Shown piece by piece: positions 1 through 12,000 of a stretch of DNA of 64,000 bases. How positions within the stretch are numbered: the first letter of the stretch is position 1; the number at the start of each line of letters is the position of its first letter. A program made the position numbers and the translations under genes. Source of the stretch: Macrostomum hystrix (Eukaryota > Animalia > Platyhelminthes). Under the pieces are notes generated by a model, which was not told where the DNA came from, searched no databases, and saw only the letters and a program-made list of their open reading frames with translations. Location: assembly GCA_950097015.1 (NCBI GenBank), contig CATNEN010000039.1, positions 19,158,001 through 19,222,000 on the forward strand. Reading direction: 5' to 3'.

Positions 1-1497
1 ATTCGGCTCTGAAGCTGCTGGTTCGAGTCTGTGTCCGTGTGTTCAATGAGGCTAAGACTGGACCACTCCATACCAGTTGGCGCCTCCTTCGTGCCATCAA
101 AGTCACAGAGCAGCTGGCCGAAACTGCGGTGCTTCACGATCATCTTCAGCTCATCTGTGAATTCGTCAAAAATACTTTCTCGTTCTTCCATACCTAGGTC
201 TAACTGACGAATGACAAAAGTGGGCGCCGCGTAGCCGCAAATGATGTAGGCATGGCTGTAGCCATCCGGCAACGGCTTATCTAATCGGACGAGGTAGGCG
301 GGCATTTGTTTTGCGTAGCCGGAACTGCCAAACACCAGGCAAAGGTCTGACTTTCCATCGGTAATCTTGTTACATTCTGGAAAAAGCTGGCTGGGATATG
401 CCTCAAATTCCGCCCGGCCGCGCAAAATTGACTTGTTCAACAACAGAAAGTACTTTGGGATGACCAGAATTCGGCTGGGGTCAATTTTAAAACTGCTGCA
501 TTTCAATTGGTCGTCTATTTGTTCTCCGATTACTCTAGCCAACCTCGGCAGGATGCTACTGAGGAATCCCGTTACCAACTGCCAGGCAAAGCTTTCTCCA
601 CGACTGCTGAAGCTACTTGGCTTCGGTTCTGCAGTTGATTGAATTCAATTCAAACTTGTACGCTATTGTTAACGTAAAAATAACCATAATTAATTCAAAA
701 CTTTAATAATCTGAATTCCTACCTTCAGTCAGGGCATTGAGAAAGTTTTCTACACTCTGACTTTCCAGATCTACGAAGTGAAGCATTCGTAACGCTCGTT
801 TACCAGCGTGTAAAAGATTGATGCTCCTGCCTCTGAAGTTCTTAACGACATAGGCTCTACGATTTTTCTGCCTATCGCACTGAAAATAGCAATAAATTTA
901 ATATTAATATTTAATATGGTCTCGAGTGTGCTCCCGAATAAGTAAGAGCGTAAATAGCCGTTGGCTTTTTAAATCCTTTACAGACTACTAAAATGACAGA
1001 AAGGAACAGTAGTAAAAGAAAATGAAGTCACATAGATCAGCTCACCCAGTGCATGACACGCCTGTAGAGATGACACAAGTACTTTAACTTTGGAGGCTCG
1101 TTAAAAATGACAACTAAACGAATGTTGGAATAGCTGTCTTTTGGCAACAGCAGCTCATCCCAGTCACCTGGACTTTCTGGCCATGTTTTAGTTGTCGTTG
1201 CGAAACTACTTATGCGCATTAGATCTTCAAGCTTGGACTCGATCGCACAGCCGCTTTGTTGGGATCCGTACCCGACTAGGACAATCTCTGGACTCGCTGA
1301 ATCGAAGGCAAAGGATTGTTGATTCAGAATATATGATAACTTTGATTGGCTAAAGAGTGCTTCAGAAACGTCATACAGGTACAGAAGCGCACACGTTCAT
1401 AATGACAAACTTTACCTGACGCATCTAGAGCTGGTATACTGGGCTGGACAAGCATCGCAACCTCCCCTGTCAAACTGCCATTTGACAATGCAGCCAT
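1..1497 (-). CDS. Soluble STING-domain protein with N-terminal alpha/beta (possibly TIR-like) domain; 4 exons (1497-1416, 1296-1046, 879-723, 628-<1), 3' end outside window
   Basis: GT-AG introns with consistent phases (1,0,1) give an uninterrupted frame. Exon 4 reads SRGESFAWQLVTGFLSSILPRLARVI...IPKYFLLL...YIICGYAAPTFVIRQL...GMEERESIFDEFTDELKMIV, collinear with STING motifs [20 protein letters not shown] / RLYILLP / CVLEYATPLQTL / [21 protein letters not shown]. Confidence 0.75.
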
Positions 1498-2331
1498 TGC
1501 AGAATCTCAATTAGTCGCTAAAGCCTGTATGAAAAGTTTTAACCCGGTTGCTAAGGGCCAAAGTCTCGATTTGTTCTTTTCCAGATTCAGGACGGCCAGT
1601 GTTACTTTAATCGATGGTTTGTCTGGAAACTCCGGAGCTATTCCATGGATTTCCCGTGGTGGAGCCTCGAAGTGAATCTCGCCGTAATTTCTATAAATAT
1701 AAAATCTTTGTTTCAAGAATAGGATGCTGATGTTGCTAAACTGGAACTCAAACAGCTTTTGTATCGATTATAATATTTACTATTGTTTATTACAATGACA
1801 CCCATCAGTCATCAGAGCGGAGAGAGATACTTTTAAAAAGGCTTGTGAACGGTGTGAGCACCTCGGTCTTGAGCACTAAGTGCAAGCACCAAATCTTAAT
1901 AGCCGAACCATGTCAAGCGCAGACTGCAGAAAGGGGAGAGCACTATAGGACCCTCGGTCTCACCTTCAAAGTTCAACTGTAGACCTCCAGTTTATGCAGG
2001 TTTCGTGGCGTCTCACAGACAGACATAAAGAGCGCAATATTCTAATATAATGATGACGACAGTTGCTATATTAAGCTTTGCTGTACAACAAAAAAAACAA
2101 AGCCCATGCACAGCTTGCCAGGGTGAACCGTACATTTCATTGTTCTTCATTGCACTAAATTGCATTGTACACAGAGCTCTTTCTACCTTCTGCTTTTATA
2201 GTGCCTTATTAAAACATCTACTTGACGATGTAAAAGTGGCTGCATTTCGTTGCTTTTTGCATGCTATGCAGTAGGCTAGAATCGCGCCAAGTTTTGCAGA
2301 TCTGTGGCACATTGGCCTAAATAATTTCATC

Positions 2332-5300
2332 ATGAGCGGAGAACTAATAAACAGTTTGAAAACAGCAGTTGAGCAGTTAAAACATGATAAAAGGCTACTA
2401 AAAGAACAATGCAGCAATTCTGATGCTGAAATCCAGCGTCAGAGCAGTCAAATCGCCGAGCTGGAACGACAGGTGAAGGAGCTGTTCAACAGTCTTCGGG
2501 AGGAGCAGAACAGCAATGCCAAGCTCCGCGATGATTTAGCTGCTGAGCAGGAGAGCCACCGAGGTGACGCAGAGAGGCTGAACAAGTCGATGCAGGACCA
2601 GCTTGCTCAACTGGTCGAACAGCATCGTCGCGAGCTGGACGCGGAGCAGTTGAGCAACCAATCACGGCTGGAAGCAATGTACACGCTTCATAGAAAGACT
2701 GAGGAAGATTCGAAGGCCAAGCACCAGGTGGAACTGGCCGATTCGAATCGGCGATTGGAAGAGTCGGAGCAGGAGCTGAGCAGACTCAGAAAGAGCTGCG
2801 CATCGCAAGAGTCCGACTTGCAAGACCTGCTGAGCAAGTTCAAGGAGCCGGACTCCCTTTGTACACCCGAGCAGAATGATCCTCTGACAGGCAACGCTGA
2901 AAATCAGAAGCCGGCGAGACAGTGAGTGACGCAGCTTGAAGTTAAACATTTGTTAAACTTTTAAACACTTGCGCTGCATCCGACTCCGCTTGCCCGCCAG
3001 GACGAGTTTGTCATAGTTTGAAACGAATTCAATAGACACTTCACTGGACTAGTGTTTTATATCAAAACGATTCCCACTCATGCGCCATTCTTTCAATTTA
3101 GGCTCGTCGCGGCCAGCGATGAAATCGGTCAGCTCAGAGAGCGCCAGAAACAGCTCGAGGAGCAGCTCAGCGCTGAGCGGAGAAGGTGAGACTGTGTGTG
3201 TGATGGTCATTCGAGCTATAGCTGTCTAGAAACAGCGTTGCTGACGACCATGGGAACACATTCATTCAGCTTGTGATTGAGTATCTAATGACAGCCAATG
3301 ACATACACAGCTTTCGATTTTTCAGTCGTGAGCGAGCCAGCTTCGAGTCCGAGCAGCTGCGTCAGCAGGTCACAACGCTGGAGAGAGAGCTCAGAACTGA
3401 GCAAGAACTGCTTCGGTGAGGCCCTGACTCTCAACCAGATTTACTGTAATTTAGCAGAGACTGCTAGAATGCGTCTCTGGACCTTGCTTTTCAATCCCTG
3501 AGTCTGCTCAAAGTCCCATCTCATACCCCTTTGTCTCTTACCAGCAAAGCCAAGCAGAACAATGAGACCGAGCTGGGCTTGGCGCGACGGGACGTCGACT
3601 CCAAGACGGCCAAGCTTGTCGCCATTCAAGACCAGTTGAGGCAGGCAACGGACGCGGCTGCCACCGCGAACCAGGAGGTCGCGAAGCTGCAAAAGCAACT
3701 TGAGACGCTTCGAAATGCCTCGGCGAGTTCCATGGCAGACTTGCAACTTCGGCTGGTCAAAGCTGAAGACAATGTGGCTGATGGAGAGAGGAAGCTGGCG
3801 GAAGCTGAGGCCTTGCTAGCCAATAATCGGAGGAAGCTGGCGGAAGCGGAGGCTTTGCTGGCTGATAATCGGAGGAAGCTGGCGGATGCTGAGTTTTCAC
3901 TGGCTGATAATCGGAGGAAGCTGGCGGAAGCGGAGGCTTTGCTGGCTGATAATCGGAGGAAGCTGGCGGATGCTGAGTTTTCACTGGCTGATAATCGGAG
4001 GAAGCTGGCGGAAGCTGAGGCTTCGCTTGCTGATAATCGGAGGAAGCTGGCGGAAGCTGAAGAGAAGGTGAGCTAATTAGCAATGGAAATGACAAATAAG
4101 TGTGTTTCTTGGGACTTTAGAGTCCAGGCTACGCGGACGGCTAATGAAACTACGAGACAGGGAGCCATAGCCGGCAAGGAGGCAATTCTGTTCATTTCGC
4201 TGGCTCCTGAGCACACACGAACACATCATACAGGAGTTTTAATCTGCCCTGACTTTCTCATCGTCAGGCGGTGTTCACTTTGGCTGTGCCTTGGAGATTG
4301 GCCTTCAATGGTGTAAGTTGCACGACAAGCTCCTGAGCCCTCTCTCCGCGGCTGCGCCCCAAACGAATGTGGTCTCATTGCGGAATCGAGCTCTGCAGAG
4401 ACCTTTTGTGTGAGAGACAAACGCGTTAGGACCGCTCTACTACTCACCCCCAATAGAAGCATATAGAAGCAATATACTTGTATTTTATGCCTCCAAGCGG
4501 ATGGATCGCCACAATGGAGTACGAAAGAAAGCTTATTTATGAATAAAATCTACGATACAGTGCCGGTTGACGACGAATGAGTTGAGCAGTTTGCGCAGTC
4601 GGGTCAACCAGCACGAGAGACGAGAAGAGCAGCTCAACGCCAGGATAATTGAGGAGACTCATAAACGAATGGAGGCTGAGAAGGTGAGAAAATGAACTCG
4701 ATGTTTATGATTAAGGAGTTAATATGTATTCTGAATATGCCGACCACTGATATGTAGTTTCATTTGTTGTTGGGTCTACTGAAAGAGGCTATTTAATTTG
4801 AATGTAAGATACTAGGATGCGATTTTTGACGCCACGTTGGGAGGTCAGAAGGTCAAGAGACGGAAAATGACACATTGGAACAAGATGTAGCGCATTGGAA
4901 GTCGAGACAAGGTGTGATACATTAAGACAAGGTGTGATACATTAAGACAAGGTGTGATACATTAAGACAAGGTGTGATGCATTAAGACAAGGTGTGATGC
5001 ATTAAGACAAGGTGTGATGCATTAAGACAAGGTGCGATGCATCGAGGCAAGGTTTGACACAGTGTGACAAGGTGGGTCAAGTTGAGACAAGATGGACGCA
5101 TCAAAACAAGGTGCGGTGACGCCAGTAGACAATTTGGGAGGACTACTAAAAAGCCGTTATTGCTTTATCGTATTTATTTAAGTAGCACGTTCGTAATTTC
5201 TAGTGTTCGCTCGTACATCTGTGGTCATTGTCGACAGGGATTTTCCAGCAATATGATTTCGCTCCGCCTTGCCATGTCTCTTTTCTTAGAACGTCAGGGA

Positions 5301-5697
5301 CCTCGAGCAGCAATGTGCTCAACAGCGCGATTTGCTGGATAATACGCTCTCCGAAGCGACCCAGAAGATACGTGCAGCGGAGCGGCTACGAGATGAAGCA
5401 ATCAACACTAGAGAGCAGCTGCTGATCCAGCTGGACCAGCTAAATCAGGAGAACTCGATTCTCCAGCGAGAGCGTCGCGGAGTCCAGGACCGACTCGCTC
5501 AGCTGCAGGCTCAGCTGGACAATGCTCAGGAGAAGCTGCGGCAGTCGAAGGAAAAAAAGAAGCTGCTAAAGACAACTCTGAGAGTTATTGAGCAAGAGTT
5601 TGCCAGGGAGCGAGAGAAGCTCAATGTGGATTGCAACCAGCTGCGTGAGACCCTGCGTGAGACCCTGAATAGGCGGAGGTGGCCTTTCGGAAAATGA
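2332..5697 (+). CDS. Long coiled-coil protein, paralog A; exons 2332-2921, 3102-3185, 3326-3415, 3545-4067, 4561-4683, 5290-5697
   Basis: Heptad-rich E/Q/L/R ORFs joined by phase-consistent GT-AG introns (2,2,2,0,0); homologous to the gene at 9044-12599. Confidence 0.8.
3787..4065 (+). repeat. In-frame 42-bp coding tandem repeat (14 aa, RRKLAEAEALLADN), about 6.5 copies
   Basis: Directly visible; paralog B has two fewer units (exon 523 vs 439 bp, difference 84 bp). Confidence 0.9.
4120..4450 (-). mobile_element. tRNA-derived SINE (family 2), in intron 4 of paralog A; ends approximate
   Basis: Minus-strand head with degenerate A/B boxes; body (ggcgcagccgcggagagagggct...cctgacgatgagaaagtcagggcaga) shared with 9800-10106. 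Confidence 0.6.
4904..5050. repeat. 20-bp intronic minisatellite (gacaaggtgtgatacattaa)
   Basis: About 7 tandem copies with degenerate flanks. Confidence 0.9.
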
Positions 5698-5885
5698 AGC
5701 GTTAAGGCAACAAGTGTTTGGCTTAACCCGAATCTAACTGAGCTTAGATTTAAACTTTCGAACTCTTGATCCGAAAAAATATTTATTCTTTTTTTATGAC
5801 CTAAAATTAGCCAGCAGACTACAATCGTGTCAGCTGAAGTCTCCGGTTTAATCTCCGAGCTAAAAACATTACAACATAAAAACTA

Positions 5886-7541
5886 TTCCTTTTTGCATCC
5901 AAATAGACACTGCGAGCACTCAATTTAACACCAAGTGGCAGAACGCATGCGCTGCAGTCGCTGCTGCCTCATGTCTGTGGCCAAAAGTGTGGTGAAGGAG
6001 CAGCCAATTTAACACTCGGGGCACCAATTTCGTCCTTGTGTTAACTCTCTTTATTAAGCTACGCTTTTACTAATTAAAATGTTAATTAAACCGTTAGTTT
6101 AACGCATTAAAAAAGTTGAATGCAACGCAATATGCAAACAATTAAAGGGAACAGAAAGTGTCCGGCGTTACTCGCAAAAAAAGCGTAACGCCATTCAGTC
6201 GTCAATCGGGTGCTCTGCCAAGCAGGCCGGAACTCGTCGCAGCATCTGCCTGAACCAGCCGCCGCATTTGGCAGGAGTCACCTCACCAGTGGTCTCCTCT
6301 GCAATCCTGTGCAGCACCAGAATCCGCCACTGCCACAGCGGAGTGTCCAGAGGTGGCAGGTCCAGCTCTCTCTGCACTTCAGGCTGGGAAAGCTCGCGCT
6401 TGATCGCCGCTTTCACGCAGGAATGCGCATTTTCTACAGGGTTGAGGAAGGGCGAGTAGGGAGGCAGCGTTACGGCCCTCCAGTTAGCAGCGTACTGCTC
6501 CGGAATCTGCATTCGACCGTGAAATCGAGCACCGTCCATCACAATGTGCATCTGGTCAGCGTCTCCGATGTCGTTCCGATTGCTTACAACCTCCAGTAAC
6601 TCCTCCTTAAATGTCTGAAATCTTTCTGCGGTCATCGTGGCTGCTACAATCTTGTGATGCAGAAGACCTGCCGTTGGTGACACGGCCTGTACCAGATTCA
6701 CCTGCACCCCTCGCTGAGTGACAACGACCCTTCTCACTCGTTGCCCACGTCTGCTGCGCCCTTGTGACCTTCGAGTCCATAAATTGAAACCCGTTTCATC
6801 GATGAAGACAGGGTGATGATCGGGTGGCAATTCGGTCAGCCATTGAGCGAATTCGCGCCTTCGAAGTCGATTCTCCGGAGTATTGCGCGCTACAGGCATG
6901 TCGGCATCCCGGCTTAGACATTTTAAGGTGAAAAGCTGCTTGTCTAAAGCTCGACTGATTGTAGCAGTGCTGACTTGAAGACCTTCAAATCTGCCTTGTA
7001 CCGATCGTGCCATCTCTGCCAGCGTCATCATTGGGTTCCGGTCAAGCTGTTGCACCAGCCACTCTGTATGTTCCTCGCCCAGCTTTGCGCCGCGAGTTCC
7101 GCCACGCGGACGCCGATTTCTGTCCTGTTGTCTCGTATCGCTTCTGAATGGAGAAGACGGTGTTTTTGTTGAGCTGCAGCCAGCGCGCAATATCCACCGG
7201 TCGCTCGCCTCTTTCTAAAGCATCCACAACGAGATTGTACCGCTCATCGCTTATTCTATCGTACGGTCCTCGGCGCAGTCCATCTCCCTGTTCATCTGGA
7301 GCAGTTTCGTAGCTTTGGCGGCTTGATTCGTCATCAGACAGAAGCTCCTGATCGCTCATGGCAGTGAGATTTTAAGCAGCGCAAATCAAAAATACGAAAT
7401 TGGTGCCCCGAGTGTTAAATTGGCTGCTCCTTCACCACACTTTTGGCCACAGACATGAGGCAGCAGCGACTGCAGCGCATGCGTTCTGCCACTTGGTGTT
7501 AAATTGAGTGCTCGCAGTGTCTATTTGGATGCAAAAAGGAA
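5886..7541 (-). mobile_element. IS630/Tc1/mariner-superfamily DNA transposon
   Basis: 148-bp terminal inverted repeats (5886-6033 and 7394-7541), identical by eye, flanked by TA at 5884-5885 and 7542-7543; internal transposase. Confidence 0.95.
6195..7359 (-). pseudogene. DDE transposase split by one frameshift near 7110-7125
   Basis: ORF 7359-7042 gives the HTH start (...DIARWLQLNKNTVFSIQKRYETTG). ORF 7190-6195 continues RPRGGTRGAKL...FIDETGFN...MDGARFH...LPPYSPFLNPVE, with 33 residues between the second D and the E. Confidence 0.85.
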
Positions 7542-9043
7542 TAATATTAGTTAGCGGGCCTGTCACCGCCCGTCCCTTGTGAATGTCTATGGAATTCGAC
7601 CATAGACAACAGCAGAGGGCGGGCTAGCTGCCGTTAGTTTCAACCTCGTTTTGGCTCGCTCAGGTGTGCAATAATATCTCAATACTTAGATTAACCGAAG
7701 ATTGTTACTCGTGACTGCCATTATTTAACTGCAATAAGCAATATATAAAACCATGTTCAAGGCCTCTAGCTCTCACGGTATTAGTCTTAGTCTTTCTAGA
7801 GTGCAAGCTCATTCTTTATACTGATGGCGTATACGTGTACGTCAGGTGCGTAATCAACGTTTAATGGATATATCGCGCTAAAACTACATTATATACTTTC
7901 AATTTGATTTTAACAGGACTCGCGTTCGTTTTTAGGCAAGCTAACCAATTAGCATTGCTAATTATCATTTTTAATTCACGCTTTTTGGAAATGCTTCAAT
8001 CAATTTATCCCGTAAAACTATTTTAAACAGAAAGCAATTAAACAACAGTCTTCTGTACGGCGCTCGTATCTTCATAATTATTTTTCGCTACACGAATGAT
8101 AAAAAGACTCAGGAATTCTAACTGAGCACGCGATTTTATCATTTTAGAAGGATTTTTTTGTAGTCACCAATTCAGTTATGTTGCACGCGTAGAATGTCTA
8201 TGGCCACGACCTTGCTACTTCTGAATTGCTAAACAGATCATAACTTTGGCCATAGACATTCGGAGACTGGCTAAAAATTTCTGTTGCGCCCTTAAAATGT
8301 CTTTGAGTAAGAGGCATTGCCCATAATTATTCCTATCTCTTAAATACAATTTGATGTTGTGAACTTATCGAGTTTTTGTAAGCGCACCATTAAATAAACC
8401 GTGACTAGAATGCTTCTGACATGGGAATCTATAGATTTTCTATGATCTTTTAAAATCTATATTTCTAAGGCTGCTAAATATTCACTTTGCAGGACTCATA
8501 TATAGAGCTTAAACTTATATGATTAGTAAAATTTAGGAATTAAAAGTAACTAACAGCTAGTTTTTTCACGCCTAATCGAATTCTCTGTGCTTTTCGTAAT
8601 TGAGTACTGACGACAGTGTTATTTTAAGGCCTCCCAGTAAAGCTAGTAAGCACAGCTGTTTGCTAATTAAGCTAAAAAACAAGTAACTAAAAGAACAGTC
8701 AAGAGCTGTTCCCAGAATTCTGTTACACACTTCGCTGTGTCCTGCAAGTACATTCAATTTTTAGTCAGACTTTAATGTACTTGACCTAGCCTGTACTCTA
8801 ACATGCAAGTACAAGTACGCAAGTATAACTGCACAACAGTACAGTCCTTGAATTTCTGTCTCTGATTGTACCGCATCAGTCGGAAACACATTACCAAACA
8901 CCATTATCGCATAAAAGTACTACACGTACGTAATATAAAAAAAATTAAAACAATTACATCTATTGCATTTGTCGTAAACGACAATCACCTTGTTGGGATT
9001 GCTTTACATTCGCCCTATCTACAATTCAAGCAGCAACGCAGCA

Positions 9044-12000
9044 ATGCTCAACCAAGTGAATGCACAGTTTCAGAGGTTCAAAGCGACGTTGGAGGCAAAG
9101 GATGTGGAGATTCAGAAGCTACGCGAACAATGCAGCAATTCTGATGCTGAAATCCAGCGTCAGAGCAGTCAAATCGCCGAGCTGGAACGACAGGTGAAGG
9201 AGCTATTCGACAGTCGGCGGGAGGAGCAGAACAGCAATGCCAAGCTCCGCGATGATCTAGCTGCTGAGCAGGAGAGCCACCGAGCTGAAGCAGAGGGGCT
9301 GAACAAGTCGATGCAGGACCAGCTTGCTCAACTGGTCGAACAGCATCGTCGTGAGCTGGACGCGGAGCAGTTGAGCAACCAATCACGGCTGGAAGCAATG
9401 TACACGCTTCATAGAAAGACTGAGGAAGATTCAAAGGCCAAGCACCAGGTGGAACGGGCCGATTTGAATCGGCGATTGGAAGAGTCAGAGCAGGAGCTGA
9501 GCAGACTCAGACAGAGCTGCGCAGCGCAAGAGTCCGACTTGGCCCGCCTGCTTAGCGATCTCATGCAGTTCAGTACGTCAGATGGCTGCGAGGCGGCTTG
9601 CGAAACGGCCAAACCTCAGGCCAGTCCGAAGACGGTGGTCGAGAAAGCAACCGTGCCAGGCTGCTACCAGGCGTTGGACGCCAGTGAACTTCAGACGTTT
9701 GAGAAGGATGAACTGCGAGAACGGTGGGTATCGCACTAATTAATGAAAAAATTATAATAATTGCAGGAGGGCTGCTGGCAATGGCAGATCATTTAGTGAC
9801 ACTAGACCCGCAGCCAACGAGGAGACAATTCTGCCCATTTTGCTGACTCCTGAGCACACACGCACACAGATACTGTACGTAGGCACACACACAGGTGTGT
9901 ACATCTGCCCTGACTTTCTCATCGTCAGGCCTTGTACACTTCACTACCTTGGAGGTTGGCCCTCTAGGGCGTAAATTGCATGACAAGCCCCCCAAGCCCT
10001 CTCTCCGCGGCTGCGCCTCAAATAAATGTAGCCTGTCCGTGGAATCGAACATAGGAACCTTGGCGCGAGAGGCAAACGCGTTAACCACTCTGCCACCGAC
10101 ACCCCTCGCACTGATTAGCAATCTTCTGGTACTCATGATCGTTATCAGTACAAGTAACTGCTCAATTTGTAGCTGTTTTTGAGTATTGTGATTTGAGAAA
10201 TCTTCGCTGCGTAGTGTTCAATATTTACAGAAGAACGCAGAGAGATATTGAAAATGTCCACCAGAATATTTGCGGCTGTGACTCTTCATTGAGCTTTACA
10301 CAGTGTGCAATCAACTAGGTTTCGTGAAAAATATTCTGATTGTTTCAAATCCACGACTTTTTTCTCACTAATTTAGGCTCGTCGCGGCCAGCGATGAAAT
10401 CGGTCAGCTCAGAGAGCGCCAGAAACAGCTCGAGGAGCAGCTCAGCGCTGAGCGGAGAAGGTGAGACTGTGTGTGTGATGGTCATTCGAGCTATAGCTGT
10501 CTAGAAACAGCGTTGCTGACGACCATGGGAACACATTCATTCAGCTTGTGATTGAGTATCTAATGACAGCCAATGACATACACAGCTTTCGATTTTACAG
10601 TCGTGAGCGAGCCAGCTTCGAGTCCGAGCAGCTGCGTCAGCAGGTCACAACGCTGGAGAGAGAGCTCAGAACTGAGCAAGAACTGCTTCGGTGAGGCCCT
10701 GACTCTCAACCAGATTTACTGTACATTAGCATAGAGACTGCTAGAATGCGTCCCTGGACCTTGCTTTTCAATCCCTGAGTCTGCTCAAAGTCCCATCTCA
10801 TACCCCTTTGTTTCTTACCAGCAAAGCCAAGCAGAACAATGAGACCGAGCTGGGCTTGGCGCGACGGGACGTCGACTCCAAGACGGCCAAGCTTGTCGCC
10901 CTTCAAGACCAGTTGAGGCAGGCAACGGACGCGGCTGCCACCGCGAACCAGGAGGTCGCGAAGCTGCAAAAGCAACTCGAGACGCTTCGAAATGCCTCGG
11001 CGAGTTCCATGGCAGACTTGCAACTTCGGCTGGTCAAAGCTGAAGAGAATGTGGCTGATGGAGAGAGGAAGCTGGCGGAAGCTGAGGCCTTACTAGCCAA
11101 TAATCGGAGGAAGCTGGCGGAAGCGGAGGCTTTGCTGGCTGATAATCGGAGGAAGCTGGCGGATGCTGAGTTTTCACTGGCTGATAATCGGAGGAAGCTG
11201 GCGGATGCTGAGGCTTCGCTGGCTGATAATCGGAGGAAGCTGGCTGAAGCTGAAGAGAAGGTTAGTTCAAATTTGTCAATATCAAATGTAGTGGAGCAAG
11301 CGTAGCAACCGTGGAACACAATTCACAATATCAGCTGGCCGAGGCGAAGAGGCGCGATGAGCAGCTCTACGCCAAGATGAGCGCAGAGGTGCAGAAGCGA
11401 AATGAGGCTGAGCAGGTGAGAACTTTGAACTCTTATGGATTAGCAAATTCTGGTCACGCAGATGCACTCTTGTTATGGTGGTATGGTAGCATAGGATGAT
11501 CAAAAAGCATCATCATTACATATTAATAGGAATTATAATTAATACATTGATTGGAATATTTATTAGGGGTGGCAACCTGGTGGTTAGAGCATGGAAATTG
11601 GGGGTTCGAATGCAGACTCTTAACTCTGCATTGCTTCATTTTTACCCAGCTGTTTTATGGGTACCAACATCAGCTTGGTGTGGCGTTGGTGTGGCGACCC
11701 CCAGTCCATGGACTGAGCAGCACTATGCAGTCTTCAGATGCGCCGCGTAATTAGCTGCGGCTGTGCTGTCGGCTGCACATCTGACTCATTTGGGGCAGGT
11801 GTAATCAATTATCGCAGAAGCTTTTAAAGAAACGGAAATTTACGATCCGCGTGACACTGGAACGCGATGAAAAGAGGAAGTGAGGAAGGAACTAAAAACT
11901 AAATTGGAGACTTGGTCTTGAAAAGATTATCTAAAGGAATTTTCCAGCACTAAAACCATCTCGCTTTGTCTTATTAAGGCCCTGGCGATCTCCCAGCAGC

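Noticed and set aside
367-642. Plus-strand 91-aa ORF
   Set aside because: Antisense shadow of the STING-like exon 4.
7580-8265. Repeated catagaca/tgtctatg inverted motifs suggesting another MITE
   Set aside because: Could not pair the ends with a matching TSD; left uncalled.
9980-10106. tRNA-like sequences (also ~4400, 11570, 17550, 27890, 28430)
   Set aside because: A/B boxes are present but there is no convincing cloverleaf, and they continue into shared repeat bodies; treated as SINE heads.
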